Of a stretch of DNA of 64,000 nt, positions 27,857-37,028 are shown in pieces. The translations under genes and the position numbers were made by a program. Each line of letters starts with the position of its first letter. Within the stretch, counting starts at the first letter, position 1. A model generated the notes under the pieces. That model was given only the letters and a program-made list of their open reading frames with translations, did no database searches and was not told the origin of the DNA. Source of the DNA: Sandaracinus sp. (lineage in GTDB: Bacteria > Myxococcota_A > Polyangia > Polyangiales > Houyiibacteriaceae); NCBI GenBank assembly GCA_020633125.1, contig JACKEH010000003.1:27084-91083 (forward strand), read 5' to 3'.

Positions 27857-28964
27857 TCATTCGGTCGCGACGCGCAGCTGCTGCTCGACGATCGTCCACA
27901 CCGCGCCCGCGTCCGTCGTCACGTCGTCCGCGTCGCCGTCGAAGCGAAGGCAGAAGCTGGTGCGCAGCACGTCGCGAATCTGGTCGTCGGTGCCACCGCC
28001 GAAACGCGGATGCGCGAGGTAGGTGCACGCTTCGTCGGTCGCACGCACCGAGAGCCCCGAGCCGACCTCCGGCGAGCGGCGGACCGCGTCGGCCACGAGC
28101 ACCACACGCTCGATCACCTTGGTCGGCATCCGCGTGGCGACGCTTGAGGATCTTCACCTCCTCGGCCGGCGGCGGGTAGCCCATGCGAAGCGGCGCGAAG
28201 CGGTCGAGCTGCGCGGCGTCGAGGCCGAAGGTCGCGCTGAACTGTCGTCCGCGGTTCACCGCGGCCACGAACTGCACGTGATCGGGGATCGCGACGAAGC
28301 GGTTCTCGATCGGATGAAAGACCCGACGCGTGCTGTCGAGCGCGGGCATGAGCGCGTTGCGCGCGGCTTCGGGGCAACGGTTGAGCTCGTCGAGGAACAC
28401 GAGCACCGGACGCTCCGAGCTCGCGGCGCGCTCGACCGCTTCGAGGATCTCCGTCTTCACGAAGTCCGTGACCGGCGCGCCGCTCTCGGAGGCGCGCACC
28501 TGAATGGTCGCGAAGAAGTCGCTCGCGTCGACGACCGCGCCGCAGTTGAAGAACACGAACTCCATGCCGAGCTGCGTGGCGACGGCGCGCGCGAGCGTGG
28601 TCTTGCCGCAGCCTTGGGGACCGTCGAGCAAGATGTTCATCCCACTCTCGAGCAAGACCTCGAGCTTTCGCGCCACGCTCGGATCGAGCCATACGCCTTC
28701 GATGCGAAAGGCCGCGGCGCGCTCCCACACCACCTCGACGTGGCCGTGGGTGTCGCTCTCCGGTTTTCCGACGTGCACGACACGCACGACGCACGGCACG
28801 CCGGCTTGAATGCGCGCGTCGTCGCTGAGCACGACCTTCGGCGTGCGGCGTCCGTCGAGCTGGGTCGTGCGCCAACGAAAGCGCGAGCCGGGGGCGTCGT
28901 TCTCGAGGAAGGTGGCCTCGAAAGTGCGGCCGGGAGCGAGGTCGTCGAGGGCGAGGCGGGTCAT
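27857..28964 (-). pseudogene. MoxR/AAA_5-type AAA+ ATPase interrupted by a 1-nt frameshift near 28127-28140
   Basis: Frame A runs from ATG 28964 and has Walker A (GPQGCGKTT) and Walker B (VLVFLDELNR), reaching ...YPPPAEEVKILKRRH. The lid-domain continuation (PTKVIERVVLVADAVRRSPEVGSGLSVRA…) lies in the +1 frame as ORF 27857..28129. Frame A then continues only as Arg-rich shadow to 27201. Confidence 0.7.
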
Positions 28965-29020
28965 GACTTCTCGTTTCGTAACCGTTGGATTCGACTGCGA
29001 TTTTCGTCGACGGAAGAGTC

Positions 29021-32000
29021 TCAGGTGGCGCCGATCGTCTGGCGCACGAGGCGTGCGATGATGGTGCCGAAGCGACGCACGGACTCCTCCGTGCTGAGGT
29101 CGCGCACCTCGACGTAGTGGTCGAAGCAGCGCTCTTCGAGCGGGCGCACCGCGATCTGCGCGCACGCCATGCCTTCACGCGTCAGCCGTCGCACCAAGCC
29201 GCGCAGCGCCGCCACCGAGCACTCGGTCGGAAGGCCGTCGCTGATCATCACGAGCAGCTTCGCGCGACGTCCGGAGCGACGCGCGAGCTCGGCCACGTGC
29301 GCGAGCGCCGCCGCGTCGTTGTTGCCGCCGCTCGCTTGCAACGACGCCGCCGCCGAACGGTCCGCGTCGCCCGCGTCGAAGAGCTGCGTGTGGGTGAACC
29401 CGAAGACACGCAGGTCGACGCCACGCAGGCCGCGGGCGCTCTCCGCGAGCAACACCGCGAAGCGGCGCGCGAGCTCCATGCTCTGACCGACCATCGAGCC
29501 GGAGCAGTCCACCGCGACGCCGAGGAAGAGATCGGCCCGAGGCTCGAGCACCCGCGTCTGCATCACGTGGGGATCGCCGCGCAGCACGAGACCACGCAAG
29601 CGCGGGCGGTCGAGCCGCGTGCCGGCGAGACGTGCACCGACGGAGACCCGCGCGAGCCCGAGCGCTTCGAGATCGGCGCGAAGGCGCCGCGACGCGCGCA
29701 TGACCTCTTGCGCGAGCGCACGCTGCGCGACCGGATCGGGCGGCAGACGGACCACGTTGCGAATCGGGTCGAAGCCTTGGTCGGCGCCGACGTTGATCTG
29801 CAAGCGGCTCCCTCCGCGCGGCGTGCCCGATCCCTGCGACGAGGGCGGCGCGAGGATTCGCTCGACCTCGCGCTGCACCTCGTCGTCGGAGATGCCTTCG
29901 CGCCGTTCGACCGCGTTGGGGTCGTCGCCCGGAAGCTCTTCGGGCGTGCCCACGCAGCGAAGCATCTGTGCTTCGTGACCGAAGAGCGCCGCGAGCTTCA
30001 GCGTGAGGTCGTAGAGCGCCTTCGTGTCGAGGTCCTTGAAGCCCCGATCGAAGTACGAGAGCGCCTCGGCCACGAGCGGGTCGGCGTCGCGGTCACCCAT
30101 GCCCATGCGCAGCGCTCGAACGAAACGCGCGAAGGAGCTCCCCGACGCGCTGGACGCGCGAAGCAGCTCGCCGCTCGAGACGTGCACCGACGCGATGTCG
30201 AAGGAGGGCTTCACGTTTCCGATCAGCAGGAGCACGGAGCGCGGACCGAGCGCGCCGAGGAGCACGACGGGCGAGAGGTCGCGCCCCGAATGTTGGAACG
30301 CGTACGCCGCGAGGCGCTTGAGACGGTCGCCGTCCGCGCGATCGCGGGCGCGCAGGCGACGCTCGAGGTGCTCGTCGAGCACGAGGTTGTAGAGGTGCTG
30401 CAAACCGGCAGCGCCGGCTTTGCCCCAAAGCTCACGCGAGGCCGGATCCGAGTGGTAGACCTGGTGACCGAGCTCGTGCAGCACGAGCCCTTCGACGACG
30501 TCGCGACCTCGCAACGCGTTGTCGAAGACGGGCCAACCCGCGACGTGAATGACGTTGCTGCCGAGCTGGGTGTGGCCGAGGTTGCGGCGCTCGCTGATGA
30601 GGCGAATGCGGAAGAGACGCCCCGTGAGCTCACGCCCACGCCGCACGCCCCACGCGAAGAGCTCCCCGAGGGTGCGTAGCTTGTCGCGACGCGAGGGGCG
30701 GTCCGGGTCGTAGAGCTCGTCGGTCGCCGACGCGCGCACCCCCGCGTCGCGCGCTTGCAGGAGCTTCAGCGCGAGCGCGGCACGTTCGTCGTCGGCGAGA
30801 TGCGGGTCTTGAAAGACGACGGTCGCCGCCGCGAGCTCGGCTTCGCGCGTGCCGACCGCGAGGGCGCCTTCCACCAGCACGTCGAGTGGCACGCGAAACC
30901 AAGGACGCGGCTCGCGTCGCGCGATCACGTCGGCAACCAGCAAGGGCATGCCGAGGTCGTCGTCGAGGCGATCGAGGGCACGTGCGGCGTCGAGGCGAAG
31001 GTCGGCGAGCCGCTCGGTGCCGAGCTCCAGGAACGCGACGAGCGCAGCGCGGGCCTCGTCGTCGGTGGGCGCGTCGTCGGTTCCGCCGCGATCGATGCAG
31101 AGACGGACCGCCGGCGCGTACGCGTCCGGATGCGGCGAGACCGTGAGCGCGCAGGCGAAACGACGGGGCCCGAGTCGCGCGAGGAGCTTCTCGGTGTCCG
31201 ACGACTCCATCCAGCTCGCGCCGTCCAAGCGCGCGCAGGCAGCTTCCACCGCGACCTCCGGTGCGTCGAGCTCGAGCGCGAGGTGAAAACGGGTGGCGGG
31301 ATTCACGTACGCGAGCGGCGCACGGAGCCGCTCGCGATCGACGTGGCTGAAGAGCGCCGCGAAGCGCGCGACGTGGATCGCGTGGGGGACGCTGCTTCGA
31401 AGGCAGTGCAGGAGTCGCTCCTCGCCGACTTCGCCGAGCTCGAAGAGCCGCTGCACGGCCTCCTCGGCGAACTGGCGCACGGGGTCGGCCAACGTCGCTT
31501 CGAGAAACGGGAGGTCGGTGCTCTTTCGAATCGCCGCGAGGCGCGCGTCGACGTCGGCGAAGGTGCGATCCGACGTCGCTTTCGGCGGCAGGCCCTCGAG
31601 CTTCGCGTAGCTCGAGAGCACCGCGCGTGTGTTCTCGGCGAGCTTGGGCAAGAGGCCCTTCACCTTCGCGTGGCGTGCCCGAAAGCCGTCTTCGCCGACG
31701 CCGGCTTCGAAGAGCCCCATGAAGAGACGCGCCGCCGGGACGCCGAGGTCGCTGTCGAAGGTGTCGACGAGGAGGTCGAGCAGGGCGTCGGTCGCGAGAG
31801 GCGCGAGGCGGCCGCGTCGATGCCAATGGCAGAGGGCGACCGCGCGCGCGACCGCCGACCACACGAGGCGCCGTGCGAGCACGGACCGGGTTTGACGGAT
31901 GGCGCCGAGACGCGCCGCGAACTGCGCGTCGCCGAGCACGTCGAGGGTCGCGTAGGCGTGCGTCTCCCAACGGGAGAGCGCGGCGTGGCCGAGCAACGTG

Positions 32001-33901
32001 AGGCCCGTGCGACCTGCGAAGCGCGCGACGTCGGTGCGCACGAGCTCTTCGAAGGCGGGCGACGCGTCGCCTTCGAAACGCGCGAGCTGCGCGGCGACGT
32101 CGCCGTGAAAGTCGCCGCTCACGAGCAGCCACGAGCAGGCGCGGACGCTCGGCTCCGGAAGACGACGCGCGAGCACGGCGGCGAGCCCGAGCGGCGGGGT
32201 ACGCAGGCGTCCGAGCACGGCGCCGAGATCGGGCGCCGTCACGATCGCTTCACGCGTCGCTTCGTCGAGCGTGGTGGTGCCGGTCGGCGCGGGCGGCGGC
32301 GGCTTGGGCAGACGTGGCGTCGCCCACGCGCTTCGTGCCGGCTCGGCGTGATCCTTCCAACGCAGCGCCAGCGTGCGCTCGACCGCGAAAGGGAACGTCG
32401 TCGCTTCGCCGATGCGCGCCGCGAGATGGGCGCCGTCCGGAGCGCCGTCGAGCACATCCGCAACCGCGTCTCCGAAACGCCGCCCGAGCGCGCCGAGGAA
32501 ACGGTCGTCGAGCGTGCCGAGGGCTTCGGCGGTCGCGGCGCGCACGAGCGTGAGGAGGTCGGCTTCCGCGACGTGCTCCGCGAGCCGCTCCGCGAGACGG
32601 TTCGCGCGTTTGGGTTTGACCGGGGCGCCACGCACGAAGATCAGCAATCGCTCGACGACCGACGCGTACCCCTCGCGTTTGGCTTCCACCGCGAGCGCAT
32701 CACGAAGCTTCGGATCGGCGACGCTCGCTGCGAGCAAGGTGATCGCGCGTGCATCGAACGCCGCTTCGGGACGGCGGCGCGCGAGCTCGTCGATGAACCA
32801 CGCGCGGTCGCGCTTGCCGCTCGCGGGGTTCTCGTAGAGGCGCGCGACGACGCCGGGCTCGGCCAACACGGCCTCCGCGACCTCGTCGAATCCGAACGCG
32901 TCGACGAGCACGCCGTAGGGCGACTCGGGGTGCAGCGCGAGGATCGAGAGGACGGCGGCGAGGTCGAGCGCACCCGCGCGGGGACCGTCGGTGTGACGCG
33001 CGAGCGGCCCCGCGAGCAGGCGCATCGCGAGCGGCTTGCGGCTGGACACCGCGGGCAGGAGCACGTGCTGGAGCGCGACCTCACGAAGGATGGCGCGACG
33101 CTCCTCGAGCGGCTCGGCGTCGTCGACGAAGTAGTGCGCGTCGAAGCCCGCGAACAACACGGTGAGCGCACGATCGGGACGTTTGGCCCGCTCGTCCCGA
33201 AGGATCGCGAGGCCTCCGACCGGGCTCTGCCGCACCAGCTGCCACACGCGTTGCCCGAGCAAGATCCGCTGATGCGGCTCGGCGCCCTCGAACATGTCGA
33301 AGAGCCACGCCCAGAGGGCGGCCGGCTCTCGCAGCGGCGGGTAGTCCTTCGCTTCGTTGCCGATCGCGTGCGTGAGCGCGAAGTTCCGAACCTCCGCGCG
33401 TGGAATCCAGCCTTCGGTCGCGAAGACGTGAAGGTAGGGCAGCATCGGCGTCGGCGGCCGCATGCCCGGCGGCACCGCGTCGCGCACCTCGGGGTCCGCG
33501 CGAAGGGCAAAGCAGATCGGCGCCGTGTCGGGCGTCGGCCAAACGAGCGCGGCGCGGCGCACGTCGACGCGGGCGTGAAGCAACGCGTACGCGAGCCGCG
33601 CCGGATGCGGCGACGCGCGAAGCGTGGACACCGCCTCGACGCGCACGTCAGGGTCGGGGTCGTCGAGCGCCGCGATCACGGCCTCTTCGACGGCTTGGCC
33701 CCGCATGCCGGCGAGACAGCGCAGCGCGATTCGCCGCCACGCCGGATCGGCGTCCGCGAGCAGCGGAACGAGCTCCGACACGAACGCGACGCGCTGCGGC
33801 GCCGGGCCACTGCGCCAGCTGCCCGAGCGTCGCGAGGTCGTCGGGATCACGGCGACCGGCGCGTAGGTTTCGATGGAGAACGACGTCGCGCATCGGCGCA
33901 C
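29021..33901 (-). CDS. Giant (about 1626 aa) HEAT-like repeat / HExxH / vWA protein
   Basis: The real part of ORF 29021..34657 begins near GTG 33901; the upstream 252 codons only translate the microsatellite. The N-terminus has HEAT-like repeats (IAALDDPDPDVRVEAV). An HELGH motif sits at 30464-30478. The C-terminal vWA domain has a MIDAS motif, DCSGS (VAVDCSGSM…SDG). Confidence 0.75.
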   Translation of the reverse strand: MRRCATSFSIETYAPVAVIPTTSRRSGSWRSGPAPQRVAFVSELVPLLADADPAWRRIALRCLAGMRGQAVEEAVIAALDDPDPDVRVEAVSTLRASPHPARLAYALLHARVDVRRAALVWPTPDTAPICFALRADPEVRDAVPPGMRPPTPMLPYLHVFATEGWIPRAEVRNFALTHAIGNEAKDYPPLREPAALWAWLFDMFEGAEPHQRILLGQRVWQLVRQSPVGGLAILRDERAKRPDRALTVLFAGFDAHYFVDDAEPLEERRAILREVALQHVLLPAVSSRKPLAMRLLAGPLARHTDGPRAGALDLAAVLSILALHPESPYGVLVDAFGFDEVAEAVLAEPGVVARLYENPASGKRDRAWFIDELARRRPEAAFDARAITLLAASVADPKLRDALAVEAKREGYASVVERLLIFVRGAPVKPKRANRLAERLAEHVAEADLLTLVRAATAEALGTLDDRFLGALGRRFGDAVADVLDGAPDGAHLAARIGEATTFPFAVERTLALRWKDHAEPARSAWATPRLPKPPPPAPTGTTTLDEATREAIVTAPDLGAVLGRLRTPPLGLAAVLARRLPEPSVRACSWLLVSGDFHGDVAAQLARFEGDASPAFEELVRTDVARFAGRTGLTLLGHAALSRWETHAYATLDVLGDAQFAARLGAIRQTRSVLARRLVWSAVARAVALCHWHRRGRLAPLATDALLDLLVDTFDSDLGVPAARLFMGLFEAGVGEDGFRARHAKVKGLLPKLAENTRAVLSSYAKLEGLPPKATSDRTFADVDARLAAIRKSTDLPFLEATLADPVRQFAEEAVQRLFELGEVGEERLLHCLRSSVPHAIHVARFAALFSHVDRERLRAPLAYVNPATRFHLALELDAPEVAVEAACARLDGASWMESSDTEKLLARLGPRRFACALTVSPHPDAYAPAVRLCIDRGGTDDAPTDDEARAALVAFLELGTERLADLRLDAARALDRLDDDLGMPLLVADVIARREPRPWFRVPLDVLVEGALAVGTREAELAAATVVFQDPHLADDERAALALKLLQARDAGVRASATDELYDPDRPSRRDKLRTLGELFAWGVRRGRELTGRLFRIRLISERRNLGHTQLGSNVIHVAGWPVFDNALRGRDVVEGLVLHELGHQVYHSDPASRELWGKAGAAGLQHLYNLVLDEHLERRLRARDRADGDRLKRLAAYAFQHSGRDLSPVVLLGALGPRSVLLLIGNVKPSFDIASVHVSSGELLRASSASGSSFARFVRALRMGMGDRDADPLVAEALSYFDRGFKDLDTKALYDLTLKLAALFGHEAQMLRCVGTPEELPGDDPNAVERREGISDDEVQREVERILAPPSSQGSGTPRGGSRLQINVGADQGFDPIRNVVRLPPDPVAQRALAQEVMRASRRLRADLEALGLARVSVGARLAGTRLDRPRLRGLVLRGDPHVMQTRVLEPRADLFLGVAVDCSGSMVGQSMELARRFAVLLAESARGLRGVDLRVFGFTHTQLFDAGDADRSAAASLQASGGNNDAAALAHVAELARRSGRRAKLLVMISDGLPTECSVAALRGLVRRLTREGMACAQIAVRPLEERCFDHYVEVRDLSTEESVRRFGTIIARLVRQTIGAT

Positions 33902-33942
33902 CGGTGAGGGTCGGGGAAAGGAGGGGAAGGAAGCAGGAATTG

Positions 33943-34230
33943 GAGACGGTGACGGTGACGGTGACGGTGACGGTGACGGGAGACAGGGACGGGACGGAGA
34001 CAGAGACGGGGACGGAGGAGACGGAGACGGAGACGGAGACGGACGGAGACGGAGACGGAGACGGAGACGGAGACGGAGACGGAGACGGAGACGGAGACGG
34101 AGACGGAGACGGAGACGGAGACGGAGACGGAGACGGAGACGGAGACGGAGACGGAGACGGAGACGGAGACGGAGACGGAGACGGAGACGGAGACGGTGAC
34201 CGAGTCGGAGTCGGGACGGTGTCGGATACC
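33943..34230. repeat. (GACGGT)n then a near-perfect (GGAGAC)n array of about 25 units
   Basis: The repeats are directly visible. A perfect hexamer run extends from about 34047 to 34196, 40-330 bp upstream of the giant gene start. Confidence 0.95.
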
Positions 34231-35159
34231 CAGACGGAGCCGGCGGAGTCGCAAACGCTCGACCACGTCGCCCGAGTCGGCGCGCAGGCCAAGGCCGAGC
34301 ACCGACACCCCACGTACACGTCATCCCGACACTCGCGTCACTCCCACTGCGACGAACATGGTCCGGGTTTCGAAAGGGGCGACCAGCCCCTTCGCCGCGG
34401 AGCACCGCAGGAGACGACCGGAGCGAAGCGAAGCGAGGCTCCGAGGCACGGAGGGGAAGGGGGAGGCAGAGCCTCCCCAAGCGGGCGGTAGGCGCGCAGG
34501 CGAAGCCGAGCACCGCAGCCCTGCACACCGCCCGCAGCCCTGCACACCGCCGCCGCTCGCGATCCATCGATCCCACTCTCGCGCCCACGAGCCGTGTGCC
34601 GAAGCATGAAGGCTCGCCGTGGAGGCGAAGACGGTTGCCGAGGGGAGTGGGTGGCAAGCCACCGTGGGTTCACGAAGGCGATCGCTCGCTCGTTCGCCGA
34701 AGCGAACGTCCCGCTGGATGCTCCCGGCACGGCGAGCCGTGCGCGGGTGGACGAGGAGCATCCGGGTACCGCGCCAGGCGGCTCCCACCGGAGAAGCCCT
34801 CGTGACGACGCGGTCTTCGGTGGCGCCTTCCGAAGAAGACGCCGGGCACGTCCTCGCGCTCCGAAGAACGCGACCACGCACCGAATCACCCCTGGCTCGC
34901 GCGACGAACGCGCGATCGATGGACCCCGAGCGGAGGCCGTGACGATCACCGAGTGATCGCTCGCAGGACCGACGTCTTCGATCACGACACACGAAGCGCG
35001 TCGAAAACGAAGGCGGGGGTCAGTCGCTCGTGGCGCCTCCGAAGTCGGAGGGGACGCGAGCGCGGCTGGTGCTCGAGAGCGTTTCTCTCATGTGCGTCGT
35101 CCCTCCTTTCGTGGAGGCGCGGGACTGGTAAGTCGCGAGGAAGGAGGGTCAAGGGAAGG

Positions 35160-35790
35160 ATTGGCGATCGGTGGCCCTGGCGTTGGCGCTGGCGGTGGCT
35201 GTGGCGGTGGCGCTGGCGGCGACGGTGACGGTGGCGCTGGCGTTGGCGCGCTGACCTCGGCTTCGCCGAGACCGTGGCAGAGACCGAGACGGCTGCGTTG
35301 CAGCCACCGCCGCTTCACGGCCTCCTCGGCTTCGCCGTGACCGCTGCTGCGCAGCCTCCGCCGCTTCGCGGCCTCCTCGGCTCGGCCGAGACCGCTACAC
35401 GGCCGCTGCGCAGCCTCCGCTTGGCGGCCTCCGTCGCGCGAATCGCCGGGACGCGCAGCGTGAACTCCGTCTCAGCTCCGTCGCGCGAAGCGCGGGGACG
35501 CGCAGCGTCGACTCCGTCTCTGCCTCCGTCGCGCGAAGCGCGGGGACGCGCAGCGTCTGCCTCCGTCGCGCGAAGCGCGGGGACGCGCAGCGTCGTCCCC
35601 GCCTCTGGCTCCGTCGCGCGAAGCGCGGGGACGCGAAGCGTCGTCTCCGTCTCTGCCTCCGTCGCGCGAAGCGCGGGGACGCGCAGCGTCGTCTCCGACT
35701 CTGCCTCCGTCTCCGACTCTGCCTCCGTCTCCGACTCTGCCTCCGTCTCCGTCTCCGTCGCCGTCTCCGGGCACGGGCACGGGCACGCAA
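35160..35790. repeat. Composite repeat block: GGTGGCG-type 6-mers, inverted copy of the 19.4-kb hairpin repeat, six 34-bp double-hairpin units, (GTCTCCGACTCTGCCTCC)3 and (GGCACG)3
   Basis: Hairpins lie at 35256-70, 35292-304, 35343-55, 35360-72 and 35376-90. The unit CTCCGTCGCGCGAAGCGCGGGGACGCGCAGCGTC occurs six times between about 35430 and 35690. Confidence 0.9.
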
Positions 35791-35888
35791 TCCACACGAA
35801 ACAACCCCTCCCCGTCCCCGGACCCACCTTCCCCGATCGTCCTTCCCCGCGTAACGCTGCGTTCCACCGACGCGACGGGGCGCGGCAC

Positions 35889-36932
35889 ATGAACGCCACG
35901 AAGATCGTCATCCACCGCGCGGGCTCGTACGACCAGCTCCGCGTCGAGTCCCACCCCGCACCGAAGCCGAAGGCCGGCGAGGTCGCCATCGACGTGAAGG
36001 CGACCGGCGTGAACTACGCCGACGTCATCGTGCGCATGGGCCTCTACGCCTCCGCGAAGGAGCTCGTCGGTTGGCCCATCACGCCCGGCTTCGAGGTCGC
36101 CGGCGTCGTGCGCGAGCTCGGCGAGGGCGTGACGGACCTGAAGGTCGGCGACCGTGTGATCGCGGGGTTGCTCTTCGGCGGTTACGCGAGCTCGGTCGTC
36201 GCGCCGAGCACGCAGGTGTGGAAGCTCCCCGAGGCGCTCTCGTTCGAACAAGGCGCCGGCATTCCTGCCGTCTACCTCACGGGCTGGTTCGCGCTTCACT
36301 TCCTCGCGCACCCGCGCAAGGGCGATCGCGTGCTCGTGCACAGCGCCGCGGGCGGGGTCGGCTCCGTGCTCGTGCAGATGGCCAAGCGCGTCGGCTGCGA
36401 GGTCACCGGCGTCGTCGGTCGCACCGAGAAGGTCGCGGTCGCGCGCGCGCTCGGCTGCGATCACGTCATCGACAAGTCGAAGGAAGACCTCTGGGCCCGC
36501 GCGAAGGCGATCGCCCCGAAGGGCTTCGACCTCGCGCTCGACGCGAACGGCGTCGAGACGCTCAAGCACAGCTACGACCACCTGCGCCCGGCCGGCAAGC
36601 TCGTCGTCTACGGCTTCTCCACGATGATGCCGAAGACCGGCGGCAAGCCGAACTACCTCAAGCTCGCCGCGGATTGGATTCGCACGCCGCGCTTCAACCC
36701 GCTCGATCTGACGAACCAGAGCAAGAGCGTCCTGGCCTTCAACCTCAGCTACCTCTTCGATCGGATGGACCTGCTCGGCGCCGCGATGGACGACGTGCTC
36801 GCGTGGATCGAGAACGGCGAGCTGAAGCCGCCCGCGACCACGACCTTCCCGCTCTCCCAGGTGGCCGACGCGCACAAGCACATCGAGTCGGGCAAGAGCA
36901 CCGGCAAGCTCATCCTCCTTCCTCAGGCTTGA
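35889..36932 (+). CDS. MDR-family NADPH:quinone oxidoreductase / zinc-type alcohol dehydrogenase-like protein
   Basis: The start is ATG 35889. The 347-aa product has the motifs GVNYADV…PGFEVAGVV…HSAAGGVGS. Confidence 0.88.
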   Translation: MNATKIVIHRAGSYDQLRVESHPAPKPKAGEVAIDVKATGVNYADVIVRMGLYASAKELVGWPITPGFEVAGVVRELGEGVTDLKVGDRVIAGLLFGGYASSVVAPSTQVWKLPEALSFEQGAGIPAVYLTGWFALHFLAHPRKGDRVLVHSAAGGVGSVLVQMAKRVGCEVTGVVGRTEKVAVARALGCDHVIDKSKEDLWARAKAIAPKGFDLALDANGVETLKHSYDHLRPAGKLVVYGFSTMMPKTGGKPNYLKLAADWIRTPRFNPLDLTNQSKSVLAFNLSYLFDRMDLLGAAMDDVLAWIENGELKPPATTTFPLSQVADAHKHIESGKSTGKLILLPQA

Positions 36933-37028
36933 ACCGAGCTGCGACGATCGGCCTCGCGCGGTAACGTGCGAGGTCGGCGCAGCGACTCTCCCGACACGTC
37001 CGAAAGCTCACGAAGACCCCTCGTTCGA

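Noticed and set aside
27201-29165. This is a 654-aa ORF that could be taken as a single gene.
   Set aside because: It is a composite. Residues 1-67 and everything after …KILKRRH are Arg-rich shadow overlapping the opposite-strand P-loop gene. The real AAA+ continuation is in another frame (27857..28129).
33902-34657. This is the N-terminal 252 residues of the 1878-aa ORF.
   Set aside because: They translate the (GGAGAC)n array as RLRL and SPSP runs plus non-protein-like sequence. HEAT-like sequence starts only near 33901.
34230-35150. I looked for known ncRNA hallmarks (RNase P, tmRNA, SRP, 6S) in the unique core of the 2-kb gap.
   Set aside because: I could not recognise any diagnostic motifs by eye. 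A covariance-model scan is needed before any call.
35430-35700. This is a CRISPR-like regular repeat pattern. The 50-bp array at 13833-14165 was considered for the same reason.
   Set aside because: The spacers are only 3-16 bp or absent, and they are themselves repetitive (GTCTCC-type). The units are near-identical tandem minisatellites, and there are no cas genes in the window.
35274-35888. This is the in-frame N-terminal extension of the oxidoreductase ORF through the repeat block (AETETAALQPPPLHGLLG…).
   Set aside because: It is low-complexity translation of hairpin repeats. A similar peptide arises from the inverted repeat copy at 19.4 kb on the opposite strand, which argues for DNA-level rather than protein-level conservation. 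A canonical MDR N-terminus starts at ATG 35889.
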